Shown one piece after another: positions 47,068-58,253 of a stretch of 64,000 nucleotides of DNA (within the stretch, counting starts at the first letter, position 1; each line of letters starts with the position of its first letter). Below the pieces are notes generated by a model, which made no database searches, was not told the origin of the DNA, and saw only the letters and a program-made list of their open reading frames with translations. A program made the position numbers and the translations under genes. The DNA lies in contig JAPKYE010000072.1 of NCBI GenBank assembly GCA_026394495.1, forward strand, positions 1,394 to 65,393. The letters run 5' to 3'. The stretch comes from Methanobacteriota archaeon (GTDB lineage: Archaea; Thermoplasmatota; E2; DHVEG-1).

Positions 47068-48291
47068 ATGGAATATCAAGTGTATAAATATCGTTGGGCA
47101 GTTGTAGCATTATTCTGGACCGTAATCTTTGCATATGGAGCAAACTGGTTTGCGTTATCACCAATGCTGAAAACCTTTGAAGAACAGTTCGCTGTTCCTG
47201 CTTGGGAAGGTCATCTGTTGATCTCACTTATAGGAATTTTTGTTGTGTTTTTCGCTTGGCCTGCAGGAACCTTAATTGATAAAAAAGGACCAAAACTCTC
47301 AATTACCATTGGTGCTTTATTTATGGCGCTTGGTTTTGGAATACGACCCTGGCTTCTTGATAGTTTTGCATCACTTTTATTAAGTAGTGTTATTGCAGGT
47401 ATTGGTCTTGCATGGATCCTTGTCGCCATGGGACCGCAAATGCTTCGATGGTTTCCTAAAAAACAGGCGTCACTTCCTGTAGGGATCGCAGCATCTGGTT
47501 TATTCATAGGATTTGGAACTGGTTCTCTCTTAATGCCCATTATAAATGCAGCCACATCACAAACCAATGGACAAACTGGTTTTCTTATTTTTGGTGTCAT
47601 TGCAATTCTTTCATTCATCCTTTGGGTTATTCTAGCTAAAGACAGCCCAAAAACACCTCCCGAGGAACAAATAAAAGTAGAACCAATGAAATTTGTTGCA
47701 GGAATGAAAAAAGTGTTTACTTCAAAAAATGCTTTCTTGTATCCGATCGTTGGTTTTCTCATCGTTGGTATCACGTTAGTTATCTCCTCGTTTATTCATT
47801 CATTGTATTCAACAACCGCCGTGATTAAAGAACAAGGTGGTTACATCGCAGGTCTTTTACTGTACGGATGTGCGATTGGTGCTTTTACCGCTCCATTTAT
47901 CATGAAAAAAATAGGATTAAAGAAAATCACGCTTGCAGCGGTTAGCGGAGCAATTGTCCTTTGGCTTGTGTTGTTTGGATTATTTGCAATGAACAGTTAC
48001 GATGTCACTAGTATAAGTTGGATAGTAACAGCACTTGTTGCATTCCTCTTTGGAGTATGCTTCCAGGCATCCTGGCCTCTTGCTCTATATAGTCAAGAAA
48101 CCGAAGATGGTGTCACCGGAGCAAATGTTGGTATCTCAGCTAGTCTGTATATATCAGTAAGTAACATCGGTGCCGCAGTGCTTCCTGTGATTTTTCCGAT
48201 ATTGTTTGTCACGAGTCTTGCGAACTTTATCGCGATTTTCGCAGGGTTAGTCGTTTGTCTATTGATATGGGCTATTGTGAAGCGAAAATAA
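47068..48291 (+). CDS. MFS transporter
   Basis: About 12 TM segments, G.LIDKKG.K motif. Confidence 0.88.
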   Translation: MEYQVYKYRWAVVALFWTVIFAYGANWFALSPMLKTFEEQFAVPAWEGHLLISLIGIFVVFFAWPAGTLIDKKGPKLSITIGALFMALGFGIRPWLLDSFASLLLSSVIAGIGLAWILVAMGPQMLRWFPKKQASLPVGIAASGLFIGFGTGSLLMPIINAATSQTNGQTGFLIFGVIAILSFILWVILAKDSPKTPPEEQIKVEPMKFVAGMKKVFTSKNAFLYPIVGFLIVGITLVISSFIHSLYSTTAVIKEQGGYIAGLLLYGCAIGAFTAPFIMKKIGLKKITLAAVSGAIVLWLVLFGLFAMNSYDVTSISWIVTALVAFLFGVCFQASWPLALYSQETEDGVTGANVGISASLYISVSNIGAAVLPVIFPILFVTSLANFIAIFAGLVVCLLIWAIVKRK

Positions 48292-48332
48292 AAAAAAAAT
48301 ATTAGCCCATCCCCTTTTTTTCTTTCTTTATT

Positions 48333-49709
48333 TTATCGTTCTATTACTCGTTTTGCTTTTCCCGTGCTTCGTGGAATCGTCTTTGGTTGTAATGCTTTCA
48401 CAGGGACATGAAGATTAAGGATCCGGTAGATCTCATTCTCTGTTTGTTTTTCGAGGTCCTCAAGATGGCCTTCTCTGTATCGTTGTTCCGTTGGCTCCAT
48501 CTCGACCATAAGCGAAGTGATGTCTCCTTGTTTTGTTTTGACGATATGGTAGTTATCACTGACACCTTTAACCTGCATGAGTGCTGCCTCTATTTGAGAG
48601 GGGAACACGATCACGCCTTTCACCTTCATCATATCATCACTTCTGCCTTTGATACGAGATTGAATCGGTAATGTTCGACCGCAGTCACAGACATCTTCAT
48701 TTAGAGATGCAAGGTCTCTGGTACGGAAGCGAATAGCGGGAAACGCTTCTTTTGTTAAGGTTGTAAATACAAGTTCTCCTTCTTCACCGAATGGTAATGT
48801 TTCACCGGTGTTTGGATCAATGACTTCAGGATAAAAATGATCAGCGTTCACATGTAATCTTTTTTCTGAGCATTCAGAAACAACACCGGGACCAATAAGT
48901 TCTGTTAATCCGTAATGTTCGTGTGCTGTGATTCCCCAGCGTGCTTCAACATTGTTTCTCATCTCTTCACTCCATGATTCTGCACCAAAGGTACCTATGC
49001 GGAGTTTGAAATCATGCGCTGGATCAAGTCCTTTTTCTGTTGCAACCTCAGCGATATGTAATGAATATGATGGTGTACAGGCAAGAACAGTTGCACCAAA
49101 ATCCTTCATGACATCTATCTGACGATCTGTGTTTCCAGAGCTGATGGTGATGACCATTGCACCTATTTTTTGTGCACCTTTTTCAAATCCGTGTGCACCA
49201 GTAAAAAGTCCGTATCCGTAGGCGTTCTGCATGATGTCGTTTTTCCGTACACCATTTGCGTACAGAGACCGTGCCATGACTTCACCCCAGAGGTCAACAT
49301 CGTTTCTTGTGTATGGTCCTACAACGGGTTTTCCTGTGGTTCCTGAGGATGCATGGACTTCTATGATTTCATCAAGATCGGTGCATACTAGTCCAAACGG
49401 GTAATATGCGCGAAGATCCTGTTTGGTGAGAAACGGAAGTTTTTCTATATCTTTCAAGGTTTTGATATCTGTTGGTTTCACGTGTGATTCGTTGAATTTT
49501 TTTTTGTAATACGCATTTTTTTCGTAGACACGGTTGACAAGTTCTTTCAATCGTTTCAATTGAAGTTCTTTTAGTTTGTTCTGTGGCATTGCTTCGTTTT
49601 TTTTATCCCATAGTTCTGCTGTCATACTATGTCTCCCTTGGCTGTATCCCTGAATAGGTTGGTTCGTTATAAGAATTATGAAACATACAACAATACTGAA
49701 AAGTTGCAT
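48333..49709 (-). CDS. paaK: Phenylacetate-CoA ligase
   Basis: HASSGTTGKP, YGYGLFTG, YGLTE..GPGV, GRSDDM; likely start at 49625. Confidence 0.92.
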   Translation of the reverse strand: MQLFSIVVCFIILITNQPIQGYSQGRHSMTAELWDKKNEAMPQNKLKELQLKRLKELVNRVYEKNAYYKKKFNESHVKPTDIKTLKDIEKLPFLTKQDLRAYYPFGLVCTDLDEIIEVHASSGTTGKPVVGPYTRNDVDLWGEVMARSLYANGVRKNDIMQNAYGYGLFTGAHGFEKGAQKIGAMVITISSGNTDRQIDVMKDFGATVLACTPSYSLHIAEVATEKGLDPAHDFKLRIGTFGAESWSEEMRNNVEARWGITAHEHYGLTELIGPGVVSECSEKRLHVNADHFYPEVIDPNTGETLPFGEEGELVFTTLTKEAFPAIRFRTRDLASLNEDVCDCGRTLPIQSRIKGRSDDMMKVKGVIVFPSQIEAALMQVKGVSDNYHIVKTKQGDITSLMVEMEPTEQRYREGHLEDLEKQTENEIYRILNLHVPVKALQPKTIPRSTGKAKRVIER

Positions 49710-49763
49710 TAATTATCATTTTCATACTTTTTTAATTAAGTTTTAACGGTACTTCTGAGGAAA

Positions 49764-50375
49764 TTACTCTATCAACCCAAGTGTCTCATGAAGATAATTA
49801 AGAAAAGCATGATACAATTCTTTTTTTATCTCACCTTTGATTTGGATATCAACCGAATGCTCTTTTTCTCTGTGAATCTTCATAATTTTTACTATAGCAA
49901 CACTCTTTTTATCATCATCTAATATCGCTGTTACCTCGATATATCCCTCATTTTTTACATCATGAGTAATCCAGCCTAGATTATCTATTGTTTTTCTTAG
50001 ATCAGAATCTTTTTCAAGATAATTATAAACGGTTTTATCATCAACAATTATTTTTATTATATGCCGAAATTTTGCTCTAGCAAGCCCTCTTAACACAAGT
50101 TCGGCAGTGGGAACAAGTTCAAAACCTTCAGTAACAAGTCCATTACCACTTATTCTATAAAAAATCTTTGAAAGAAAATTAGACGGTTTTATCTTTTTTG
50201 GTTCGACTTGAAAATCAAAACAAACATGGAGATTTCTTAATATATCTCTGATTGTTTTTCCATGTTTTTTATCCTTTTTTTTCTGGGTAGGGTGCGAAGA
50301 TTCAATCCAATCCATAACCTCAGAAGGGCCATAGACCCAAGGAGGTTGTTTAAAATCAGGATTATACTCAGTCAT
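49764..50375 (-). CDS. Hypothetical protein
   Basis: 203-aa ORF with an upstream TATA. Confidence 0.7.
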   Translation of the reverse strand: MTEYNPDFKQPPWVYGPSEVMDWIESSHPTQKKKDKKHGKTIRDILRNLHVCFDFQVEPKKIKPSNFLSKIFYRISGNGLVTEGFELVPTAELVLRGLARAKFRHIIKIIVDDKTVYNYLEKDSDLRKTIDNLGWITHDVKNEGYIEVTAILDDDKKSVAIVKIMKIHREKEHSVDIQIKGEIKKELYHAFLNYLHETLGLIE

Positions 50376-50602
50376 TTTTCTTCCCCAAAATACAATCTTG
50401 TAACAACTATTTATTTATATAATCTATTCAAAAATATGAAGTATGTTTTTATATAAAATTACGTCTTCAAAAAATCTGAAAATTTAATATTCTCTAGGAA
50501 TGGAAAAGAAGCTTATGGCCTACACTCATTACTCGATTTTTCAAGAAATAATTATCAGTAAATATGTAAATTCTTTCCGTTGTTTGAGGGTAAAATTGTT
50601 TT

Positions 50603-53600
50603 TCAATGTAACATTTGCAGAACTATGTCGCATATTTGCATTTGAATTGCTGCAATTTTATTTGCATCATCCCACGGGATATCTGATGAATGTTGATTGT
50701 TCATGATGCCGTCAATTTCTGTGATAAGCTGCTTAACAATATCTTGATATTTCTGGAGAAGTGCTGGTTGCACCTGTCCTTTCAGTTCCCTTCCGACATC
50801 TACTTCAAGCTTAGCAACAGTCTTCAACGTCCGCATAAATACAACCGGGTCTGTATAGACTCCTTTGGTGAGACCATCACTCGCAATTTGAACAACTTTC
50901 TTCGCAGTAGGAACTTTATACTGGTCGCCTAATTTTTTGTATATCTCGGTGGTTTCTGTGAGGCTTTTCCAGAGGATATGATGTGGAAGAGAAATCGTAG
51001 CCTGATTGTTGGTCTCATCAGATTCCTCAATGAGGCTTACGCTATCGACGATGACAAGGATCGTTTGCATCTCTGGTTGTAGTCTCCACATGATAGTTGC
51101 TTCGGTGGTTTCTCCTACAAAAAGTGATGATATCTCAACGGTACCTAGATGAATCGGACGAGTACTGGGATCATAAGGTCCTCGGTATCCATAAAATGAG
51201 ACCTGGAACGGGGTCGTGATATCAATGGTCCCATTGTTTTTGACAGTTGCTGTAAGTTTTATTGTTATAGGTGTGCTGTGAACTGCAGAAAAACTTGTTG
51301 AGGCATTGGAAGTATAATTTGCAGAGAGTCCGCTGATTAGTATATCGGTATGAGATACAACGAAGTCGCGATAATACATAAGCCAGATCTGATAATCAAC
51401 AAGGTCTACAACCCCGTTGTTGTTGTAGTCTGCTTCAGAATTAAACTCAGGATCACCGATGCTATGACCGTACGTTTGTAGGAACAATGCAAAATCATCT
51501 TGGTCAATGTCACCATCATGGTCAAGATCACCAGGTATTGGTATCCAAGGTTTCATCAGCGGATAGAGATCCTGGTTACTTCCACCTGAGATGTTGTAGG
51601 GTGAATCTCCTATGCCATCATCTTTAGCATCGCTGCCCGTGTAATCATCCCAGAAGTTCCCCTCCTTCAAATCAGGGTTATACCAGATGTCATTGCATTC
51701 ATCATACGCGTTTTGTGCGTTGTTTATGAAATTGTTGTGGTAGAGTCTATTGTTGTTGGTAGGAGCTGTAGAGCTTTGTATTTTGATACCTGTGATACGA
51801 TTATCTTTTATCGTGTTTTCGTAGATATTATTTTGCGATGAACTCTCCGATAGATAGATGCTGTAATCACAGCGTGTGATCAGATTTTGGAAAATTGTGT
51901 TGTTCGGTGACTCAAAGAACCAGATGCCATATCCGGCACCTCCGATATCTGTGACCGAACTCCGAGAGACTATTACGTTATTGGTTTTCAATATATAGAT
52001 GCCAAAATCGGTAGCATCTGTGATTATACAATCAGAGATCGTTGTGTGATTGGCATCAAAGATCATTATCCCTGGGTTCCCATTTTTTATGGTAAATTGG
52101 TGTAGGACTATGTCATTACAAGCATAGAGACCAACAGTCGGAATCGGATATGCGCAATCGCCATCGATAATTGTTGTCTCTTTATTTTCACCAATCAACG
52201 TAAGTGGTTGCAAAATATAGATATTCTCATAATATGTGCCATTATTTACATGGATTGTATCCCTTGGATTTGCGTCATCGATTGCTGCTTGGATCGAGAA
52301 ATAATAGGCGTCTTTATTGATGTTGTAGACCGGCGGCAGGAAATCAAGGAGGGTTGCTGCGGTGGTATCATTTGCTATCGTTCCTAAAGTGTCTGTTACA
52401 GAAAGTGTGACCGTGTAGATACCGGTTTGTTGATACCAATGATCGGGGTTTTGCTGGGTTTCCGCCGGGGTGTTGTCACCGAAATCCCAACGATAGGTGT
52501 AGGGTTGGATTCCGCCAGTTGCCGTCCCAGCGAAATGGATGGATTGTCCTACGATGCCGGCGTAGGGTCTGCCTGCATCAGCTCTCAGCTGTTCTACTGT
52601 GACAGTTGCGGTGGTTGTATTTGTTGCTATCGTTCCACAAGCGTCTGTTACAGTGAATGTGACCGTGTAGTTACCAGTTTGAATATAGGTATGATAGGGA
52701 TCCTGCGAATATGAATGAGAACCATCGCCGAAATCCCAGAACCAAGATGAATATGGTTTAACACCGTCGGTTGCAGAACCAGAGAAATAAATATTTTGGT
52801 TAACGAAACCAGTGTATGGTCCCCCTGCATCAGCAGCCACAGGAGTAAACGTAATACCTGCCTGGTTATTCAATTTAAATGCTTCATCAATAGTATCGTT
52901 AGGATCAATTTGTACAATAAGCGAGATTTTTTCTTCTTTAGAGATAGTCCATTGTTGGGTGAGTACGCTAGTGCCCCCTGATATAATTATGGGGATAGTC
53001 TGTTCGTTGATGATTTGTTGACTGTCATTATGGATGTATGTTATAAATCGAACAGGTATGTTTTCTGCTGCGCTTCCACCGATGTTATGAATTGTAACAG
53101 TCGTATTTATCCCTAGTTCTTCATCTCCGATTGAATGTACAGAATTCGTTGTAATATCTAAATGTGATATAGCTAAATCAGGTTTCTCTCGGTGTCCTAT
53201 GGAGCCTGATAGATCTAATGCAGGATCACCAAGCAGATTATAAACCTCCCAGTCAATTATATCGTGCGTTTGAACGATCATATAGTTAATTTGTTCACCT
53301 ATGACATAGCTAAAATTTTCAAACATCGCCTTCAGTATATAGTAAGAATAATAGTTTAGTCCTGCTGGTCGAGATGCACCATAAAACGCAACAGCGCCTT
53401 TATCAGGGGTGTTTAAAAAGACTTCACCCATACAATTAAAATCTCCTTGAAAACTTCCTGTGTAACAAGCATCGCTTATTATTACCGGAAGTTTGTTTCC
53501 ATTGTGAAGATTGAGAATATCATTAATTTGAAACATAAAACTTAGACTCCCGTACCAACCATCCCTCGATCCATGACCCCAATAATGTATCATGCATACT

Positions 53601-54460
53601 CCATTATTTATCGCATCACTGACGTCGCTATCGCTATCTGAGGAATATACCTCTAAAACGTCATATCCACTGTTTTCAAGAAGTGTTTCTTTTACAAATG
53701 GATAATCATAGATTGGGAATACTTGTGCCATCAGCATTTTTTTATGCCAATCACCAGGGGCAGGATTTCGCTCATATTCAATTGTTTTACAAGCAATTAT
53801 ATCTAATTCGTTATAATTGTCAACAGGGAAACGTCCGACTAGTATCTTTGGATCGGAATAGTCTTCGCTCCCAATACATCCATACCATTGATCAGAAACA
53901 CCATTGTTAATATTTGGTGGAACGAAAAGATGAGAAACAACAAAGGGGGTATCACCGACCAGTAAGAGATACCGAACATGGTCATCGCTCATATGTGGTG
54001 CAGACCAATTATGATAAACATTTCTGGTGAATGTTCTGATTTTTGAATCATTGTTTCCTCCGATAAATGAATCGTTGACATTCACAACAGCGACATCAAA
54101 TCCATTGTAGGATGCACGCCAGTGTGCAAGTTCGTTTAACTTGTTGTTAAACGTTCCAGCATCATGATCTTGTTTTGCAGGATAATAAAAATAATCTGAT
54201 GTGATAATTAGATAATCTGCGCTATTACTAGGATTTGAGAGATCAGATGGATACGACACACTTCCTAGTTCTGTTTTGCTGTTTTTATTTCTCGTCTCCA
54301 AAGGTATCTTTGAAATCTCATCACCTGAGATGTTTACATTTATAGAGGAGGATTGAGCAGATGCATAACAAGGCAGAACCATCAGCATACAGGCAAAAAT
54401 TGCTAGATAACTCTTTAATATATTTTTATGTACATATGTGTTGTTCATTTTTACCATCAC
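50603..54460 (-). CDS. Secreted gingipain-like C25 peptidase with CARDB, 2x PKD, NosD/CASH beta-helix and dockerin-like domains
   Basis: DYLIIT, LLVGD, VGRFP, GHG, DAC, YNLLGDP; WDFGD x2; GNFWDDY; GDLDHDGDID. Confidence 0.9.
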   Translation of the reverse strand: MMVKMNNTYVHKNILKSYLAIFACMLMVLPCYASAQSSSINVNISGDEISKIPLETRNKNSKTELGSVSYPSDLSNPSNSADYLIITSDYFYYPAKQDHDAGTFNNKLNELAHWRASYNGFDVAVVNVNDSFIGGNNDSKIRTFTRNVYHNWSAPHMSDDHVRYLLLVGDTPFVVSHLFVPPNINNGVSDQWYGCIGSEDYSDPKILVGRFPVDNYNELDIIACKTIEYERNPAPGDWHKKMLMAQVFPIYDYPFVKETLLENSGYDVLEVYSSDSDSDVSDAINNGVCMIHYWGHGSRDGWYGSLSFMFQINDILNLHNGNKLPVIISDACYTGSFQGDFNCMGEVFLNTPDKGAVAFYGASRPAGLNYYSYYILKAMFENFSYVIGEQINYMIVQTHDIIDWEVYNLLGDPALDLSGSIGHREKPDLAISHLDITTNSVHSIGDEELGINTTVTIHNIGGSAAENIPVRFITYIHNDSQQIINEQTIPIIISGGTSVLTQQWTISKEEKISLIVQIDPNDTIDEAFKLNNQAGITFTPVAADAGGPYTGFVNQNIYFSGSATDGVKPYSSWFWDFGDGSHSYSQDPYHTYIQTGNYTVTFTVTDACGTIATNTTTATVTVEQLRADAGRPYAGIVGQSIHFAGTATGGIQPYTYRWDFGDNTPAETQQNPDHWYQQTGIYTVTLSVTDTLGTIANDTTAATLLDFLPPVYNINKDAYYFSIQAAIDDANPRDTIHVNNGTYYENIYILQPLTLIGENKETTIIDGDCAYPIPTVGLYACNDIVLHQFTIKNGNPGIMIFDANHTTISDCIITDATDFGIYILKTNNVIVSRSSVTDIGGAGYGIWFFESPNNTIFQNLITRCDYSIYLSESSSQNNIYENTIKDNRITGIKIQSSTAPTNNNRLYHNNFINNAQNAYDECNDIWYNPDLKEGNFWDDYTGSDAKDDGIGDSPYNISGGSNQDLYPLMKPWIPIPGDLDHDGDIDQDDFALFLQTYGHSIGDPEFNSEADYNNNGVVDLVDYQIWLMYYRDFVVSHTDILISGLSANYTSNASTSFSAVHSTPITIKLTATVKNNGTIDITTPFQVSFYGYRGPYDPSTRPIHLGTVEISSLFVGETTEATIMWRLQPEMQTILVIVDSVSLIEESDETNNQATISLPHHILWKSLTETTEIYKKLGDQYKVPTAKKVVQIASDGLTKGVYTDPVVFMRTLKTVAKLEVDVGRELKGQVQPALLQKYQDIVKQLITEIDGIMNNQHSSDIPWDDANKIAAIQMQICDIVLQMLH

Positions 54461-54722
54461 CGAAATTCTATTACCATATCAAATATTATTTATTTTTTCT
54501 TATTTATATTGTTTTCTGTATTTACTTCCATATGATGTAGTACATTGTGTTCAAAATATTATTTAAACAATGTTGCACAAGTGTTACCTAATTTCTTTAG
54601 AAATTTTATTTAGCCTATGTTTTTTTAACTAGTAAATTACGTCATGTAAAGCTCTTAAATTTTAAAATTTCTTGAAGTAACAAAGAGGCTTACAACTATC
54701 ACAAGTGTACACCAAAAGAAAC

Positions 54723-55022
54723 TTAATACGCACGCCACGTATGACTACATTTTGTGCATGTGAAAATTCGTGTTTCTGGCTCATCGCTGGCTCGTGTTTG
54801 TCGAAGAATCCAGAACGCCTCGTTGTGTTTGCATTTTGGGCATTCTACACGTGTTTTTGGTAATATATCGATCTTTTTTTCTAGAAAAACAATCTCTTTA
54901 TTCTGCTGTTTAGATACTAAAATCGAACTACCTTTTTTTTTCTGTTCATATCCACATTTGTTGCATGCAAATTTCTCTTCTTTTGGAAACATAAGCGTTT
55001 TACATTTTGGACAGTACATCAT
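54723..55022 (-). CDS. tfs: Transcription factor S
   Basis: Two Zn ribbons, QTRASDEP. Confidence 0.93.
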   Translation of the reverse strand: MMYCPKCKTLMFPKEEKFACNKCGYEQKKKGSSILVSKQQNKEIVFLEKKIDILPKTRVECPKCKHNEAFWILRQTRASDEPETRIFTCTKCSHTWRAY

Positions 55023-55423
55023 AATAAAGACTTCCTCATCGCATCACTAATGATTTTTTCGTGGTCAAAAGCTAACTCCGGTAAACATTCTATGTTAAAA
55101 AACTTTGCATCCATGGAATCATCACCACTTTTCAACTCTACGTTAGTACAGATAAGCAAATACACAACGGTGATGGTATGACCGCGAGGGTCTCGCGAGG
55201 GATCAGAATATACACCTAATAGTTTTTGGACAGATGTTTTTAATCCTGTTTCTTCAATCACTTCTCGAATAACTGCATCCTCAGTTTTTTCGCCGTATTC
55301 TACAAAACCACCAGGAAGCGCCCATTTCTCCTGAAATGGAGGGTTTTTTCTTTTTATAAGAAGAATTGTTTGACCGACCCTTACAACACCATCAACGGTA
55401 ATTCGAGGATTTTTATAAGGCAT
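55019..55423 (-). CDS. Nudix hydrolase
   Basis: PGG.VEYGE...A..RE..EETG, RDPR, LAFDH. Confidence 0.93.
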   Translation of the reverse strand: MPYKNPRITVDGVVRVGQTILLIKRKNPPFQEKWALPGGFVEYGEKTEDAVIREVIEETGLKTSVQKLLGVYSDPSRDPRGHTITVVYLLICTNVELKSGDDSMDAKFFNIECLPELAFDHEKIISDAMRKSLL

Positions 55424-55539
55424 GTAACCTGTAAATATAACGTAAGGTATAAGAATTCACCGACGTCTCTTTCATCTTTGCTATCAATGAATAATAACAA
55501 CGAATATAAACGCACGCTGATTCACCACAATCGACAAGC

Positions 55540-56730
55540 ATGCACGAGAAAAACCTGATTCTCTCAACGGTTAGTATCTACCATGCATTAACCGATGGAT
55601 CTGTCGCGGTAATCTCTATATTATTCATCATTTTTAAAACACGTTTTAACCTCAGTTACACTGAAATAGGAGTCATCACCGGCGGAGGACTTCTTTTAAC
55701 TCTTATTGCACAGTTGCTCATTGGTAAGTTTACTGATGGAAAAAACTCGCGAAATTGGTTATCAATCGGGGTTTTTCTCACCTGTATCTCAATGCTCATT
55801 CTAACTCAATGCAATGGATTTCTTTCGCTTGTTGTCTTCATATTTTTTCTGAGGTTTTCCTCAAGTTTCTTTCATCCAATAGGTGTCGGATGGATTTCAA
55901 GGATATTTAAAAGAAATCGTCTTGATTGGGCGATGGGTATTCAAAGTGGGGCAGCCGATGTTGGTGCGTTTATTGCTGTATCAACAACATTATATTTCAC
56001 TGAGCTTTTTTCATGGAGTTTTCCCCTATATTTATGGAGTGTTCTTAGTTTATGCGGCCTTATATCAGGGTTGATTCTTACAAAAAACATTTGTACTGAA
56101 TCTTCACATGCCCCAAAAAAACAGAAAAAACTACGTTTCACAGAAACATTTCATGAAGCAATCAAACTCATTAAACGAATTAAGTTGTTAGCATTTGCAT
56201 TTGCGATTAGTGGTTGTGCTTGGAGCGTTATTATCACTTTTTTGCCATTACTTTTACAGGAGCGAACAACCTTACCGATATGGCTTATAGGATCCATTGT
56301 TGCAGTACTGATCGGTGTTGGTTCAATCACATCGCTTTCTTATGGTAAAATTGCATCAATGGTGAAACGAAGAAATCTCATTTTGTTCTCTTATCTTACG
56401 ATTGGGGTAATGGGACTGTTTTTTGCTTATTTCACAAACGTTTTTATCCTCATTGGTATCGCGGTTTTCTTAGGTATATCTGTTTTTCTGACGTATCCTG
56501 CTTTATTTTCATCAGTGTCAGAAGTTACCCATGAATCTTCAGAAGGATTAACGTTTGGTATAACCTTTACATTACAGACAGGAGGCGGAACCATTATTCT
56601 TTTTGTGAGTGGTTTTTTATCTGACATCTTCGGTGTTTGGGTTCCTTTTGCATTATTGGGATTGCTCTCCCTTTTGTTAGGTGTGATGCTTCTTTTCCAA
56701 TGGAAAAAACCAATGATCGCAAGTGAATAA
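55540..56730 (+). CDS. MFS transporter (Fsr-like)
   Basis: H...D, FHP motifs; about 12 TM segments. Confidence 0.85.
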   Translation: MHEKNLILSTVSIYHALTDGSVAVISILFIIFKTRFNLSYTEIGVITGGGLLLTLIAQLLIGKFTDGKNSRNWLSIGVFLTCISMLILTQCNGFLSLVVFIFFLRFSSSFFHPIGVGWISRIFKRNRLDWAMGIQSGAADVGAFIAVSTTLYFTELFSWSFPLYLWSVLSLCGLISGLILTKNICTESSHAPKKQKKLRFTETFHEAIKLIKRIKLLAFAFAISGCAWSVIITFLPLLLQERTTLPIWLIGSIVAVLIGVGSITSLSYGKIASMVKRRNLILFSYLTIGVMGLFFAYFTNVFILIGIAVFLGISVFLTYPALFSSVSEVTHESSEGLTFGITFTLQTGGGTIILFVSGFLSDIFGVWVPFALLGLLSLLLGVMLLFQWKKPMIASE

Positions 56731-56835
56731 ACAGCTTTAAATCAAAGGGGGATTATACCCTCATGTCTTGCTCCCACAAATCTTATAAATACCCCGCTAT
56801 TTCACTACCATTCTCATATCTTGGGGATATTAGCT

Positions 56836-57201
56836 ATGACTAGGAGAACTAAGAAAACAAATCCAATGTTAATTGCATTGATTCAGGAGCTGAAAAAAAC
56901 CTCTGCAGAAAACGATGCGCAAATCTGGAAAGATATCGCACTGCGATTGGAAAAACCGTTACGGAACTGGCCGAATGTTAACCTGGAAAGAATCGAACGT
57001 TACGTTCAGGCGAACGAAGTTGCTTTGATACCTGGAAAGGTGTTATCAACAGGTCATCTCACAAAAAAAGTCTCAATCGCAGCATGGGCTTTCTCAGAGA
57101 CGGCTGTTCAGAAGATTAAGAAAGCAGGCGGAACACATATGACGATTGAGAAACTTTTAAAAAGCAATCCAAAAGGAAAAGATATCAGGATTTTGGGGTA
57201 A
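56836..57201 (+). CDS. rpl18e: 50S ribosomal protein L18e
   Basis: KTNP, VNL..I, PGKVL..G. Confidence 0.95.
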   Translation: MTRRTKKTNPMLIALIQELKKTSAENDAQIWKDIALRLEKPLRNWPNVNLERIERYVQANEVALIPGKVLSTGHLTKKVSIAAWAFSETAVQKIKKAGGTHMTIEKLLKSNPKGKDIRILG

Positions 57202-57206
57202 TTCAC

Positions 57207-57620
57207 ATGGTTACGATTATTGATGCAGATAAAGCAGTGTTGGGGCGACTTGGTACTGTTGTTGCAAAGCGATTGTTGAATGGTGAAGAAATCGCGATTG
57301 TCAACTCAGAGAAAGCTATTATCACTGGTAAAAAACCAATGCTAAAAAATCTATATAAACATAGACGAGAGCAAGGAACGTATCGAAAAGGACCGTTTTT
57401 TCCACGGATGCCTGATCGATTTGTGAAACGGACGATTCGTGGTATGATACCGTATCAATCATCGCATGGAAGAACGGCTTTTAGACGATTGAAATGCTAT
57501 ATAGGGGTCCCAACGGAATTTCAAGGAAAAACAATAGAGACAATAGATGTTGCAAAAAGAGAGCCTGCTAACTATATGACGATTGAAGAGATTACAAGAT
57601 TTCTAGGGGCGAAGTTTTAA
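57207..57620 (+). CDS. rpl13: 50S ribosomal protein L13
   Basis: IDA...LGRL, KGP..PR.PD, RGM.P. Confidence 0.96.
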   Translation: MVTIIDADKAVLGRLGTVVAKRLLNGEEIAIVNSEKAIITGKKPMLKNLYKHRREQGTYRKGPFFPRMPDRFVKRTIRGMIPYQSSHGRTAFRRLKCYIGVPTEFQGKTIETIDVAKREPANYMTIEEITRFLGAKF

Positions 57621-58024
57621 TGGCAAAAAAGGTTGTTAACACATCAGGTAAAAGGAAAACCGCTATGGCTAAGGCTACAGTTCAGAAAGGCATTGGACGT
57701 ATCCGAATCAACAAACAACCAGTGGAGTTGTATCAGCCTGAGATTGCTCGATGGAAGATGATGGAGCCGTTGAAACTCGCAAATGAATACCAGGATACGG
57801 TTGATATTGATGTTAGTGTGCATGGTGGCGGGTTTATGAGTCAGGCAAGTGCAGTGCGCACAGCAATTGCACGAGGCCTTGTGGTGTTTACAGGGGATCC
57901 GAATTTAAAGATCACGTTTTTGAATTATGATCGAGGGTTACTTGTTAATGATGCTCGGATAAAAGAATCAAAGAAGCCTCTGGGGCGTGGTGCTCGTAAG
58001 AAGAGGCAGAAATCGTATAGGTGA
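57620..58024 (+). CDS. rps9: 30S ribosomal protein S9
   Basis: GKRKTA.A, GGG...QA, QKSYR. Confidence 0.97.
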   Translation: MAKKVVNTSGKRKTAMAKATVQKGIGRIRINKQPVELYQPEIARWKMMEPLKLANEYQDTVDIDVSVHGGGFMSQASAVRTAIARGLVVFTGDPNLKITFLNYDRGLLVNDARIKESKKPLGRGARKKRQKSYR

Positions 58025-58028
58025 TTGT

Positions 58029-58253
58029 GTGATAATACCAGTGCGTTGTTTCTCATGCGGAAAGGTTATCGGTTCTGTGTACGATGATTTCAAGAAACGA
58101 TATGAAGAATATAAGAAAACAGTGGATGCTGGGCAGACGCCAAAAGAAAATCCGAAACAGATCCTTGATAGTCTGGGGTTGGATCGGTATTGTTGCAGGC
58201 GTATGATTCTTTCGCATGTTGATTTGTTAAAAGATGCGTCACCCTACGAATAA
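58029..58253 (+). CDS. rpoN: RNA polymerase subunit N (Rpo10)
   Basis: [10 protein letters not shown]...RYCCRRM; GTG start. Confidence 0.96.
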   Translation: MIIPVRCFSCGKVIGSVYDDFKKRYEEYKKTVDAGQTPKENPKQILDSLGLDRYCCRRMILSHVDLLKDASPYE

